In this document: one piece after another, positions 63,077-64,000 of the stretch | How the letters are laid out: each line of letters opens with the position of its first letter | Numbering within the stretch: position 1 is the stretch's first letter | Source: Macrostomum lignano | Lineage: Eukaryota | NCBI GenBank assembly: GCA_002269645.1 | Contig: NIVC01000111.1 | Location: 1 to 64,000, forward strand | Reading direction: 5' to 3' | Length of the DNA stretch: 64,000 nucleotides | Notes under the pieces: generated by a model | What the model saw: the letters and a program-made list of their open reading frames with translations, nothing else | The model's database searches: none | What the model was told of the DNA's origin: nothing | Program-made: the position numbers and the translations under genes

Positions 63077-64000
63077 TCAGATGTGCTCGCTGAAGCAGCA
63101 GCCCTCGGCGTTGGCCAGCCTGCCGCAGCAGTCCCACACGAACAGGACATCAGCCAGACGGCCCTGGCTGCTGTGCTGCTCCACCCGCTGCCGGCCCTTC
63201 GAATGGTACTTGCAGGCGAACTTGTTGTTGTCAACCAGACGGTAGAGCTTCTGGCAGCGAAGGCACCGGGTGACTGACGTCTTTGCTGGCATCACCTGTT
63301 GCTGCTGCTGTTGTTGCTGCTGCTGCTGCTGAGCTCCGCGACTTCGCTTCTGCGTGTTTCTTGCCAAATTCAGAATCGGCAAGCTGTTGTTGATTGCAGC
63401 GGCAGAGCTTGCTGCTGCCACTGCTGCTGCTGTTGCTCCATCTGCTGCTGCTGTAGTCTTCGATGTTGTAGTTTTCATCGCTTCCAGCTGCGTTGTTGTT
63501 GGCGGATGTGGAGGCGGGAGCGGCTGACGGTACGTGAAGGCGTGCTTCATTGAGGCCACCTGAAATTTTATGTGCCATTATGGATGGCTGCCTGCCGGGG
63601 TTCTGTGAGGAATGGCCTTCATTAGCAGAATGAGACCAGTTCCACACATCTCGCATCAAGCATTCTTCTCACTTCACTCTCTCCTCTCTACTCTCTCATC
63701 TCTCCTCCCCTCTTCTCTCGGCCCTCATGAATTTTCCCTCCCACCTGTTTTTCATAAGCGGCCAGCTGCTTGGCCTTCTCCTTGGCGTCCTCCTCGGCGG
63801 TGCGAAGCGCCTTGGCCAGCGCGTGCAGATCCCGACGCAGACGAGCATTCTCGGTCAGCGAGTCGGCGAGAGGATCGGACTGAGGCTGCTCTGTCTGAGT
63901 GGCATCGTCAGTGGGGTCAGGCTGCTGAGTTGGCTGTTGAGTTGGCTGCTGGTGCCGGGGCCTCAGCGGCACAACGGCAATATCCGAGGGTTTAGCGCCG
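63077..64000 (-). CDS. Uncharacterised coiled-coil/poly-Q protein with C-terminal C-x2-C..C-x-YH..W-x-CC..GC..H Zn-binding motif; 5' part outside the window
   Basis: Exons >64000-63745 (CAG|gtggg) and 63559-63077 (tttcag|GTG), phase 0. C-terminus CLRCQKLYRLVDNNKFACKYH..WDCCGRLANAEGCCFSEHI*. Confidence 0.75.

Overview
Eukaryotic, intron-containing genomic DNA from an invertebrate. GC-rich exons, minisatellite-filled introns and the style of the DM9 proteins suggest a free-living flatworm such as Macrostomum; this is inference only. Genes in order: 3' end of axonemal dynein DNAH2 (+, many 1-nt deletions); an unrecognised type-I membrane protein with a 7-aa His/Asp/Ser repeat (-); TIM21 (-) head-to-head with a DM9 lectin-like gene (+); two tandem Mab-21/cGAS-like nucleotidyltransferase (cGLR-type) genes (+); a second, C-terminally altered DM9 gene (-); a complete 13-coding-exon clathrin heavy chain (+, about 1684 aa); and the 3' part of a coiled-coil/poly-Q gene with a C-terminal Zn-binding motif (-). 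Mobile DNA: a Penelope-like remnant with inverted pLTRs carrying degenerate hammerhead ribozymes, a 5'-inverted RTE-like LINE with TSD, a tRNA-derived SINE, hAT MITEs and several foldback elements. Most introns carry their own private minisatellite, and a 6.5-kb 14-bp satellite lies at 56.2-62.7 kb. The strongest candidate for an undescribed system is the cGLR pair, which shares a putative H-x4-C-x-C-x12-H metal-binding insert and sits between two DM9 genes. All exon boundaries were read by eye; no database searches were run.
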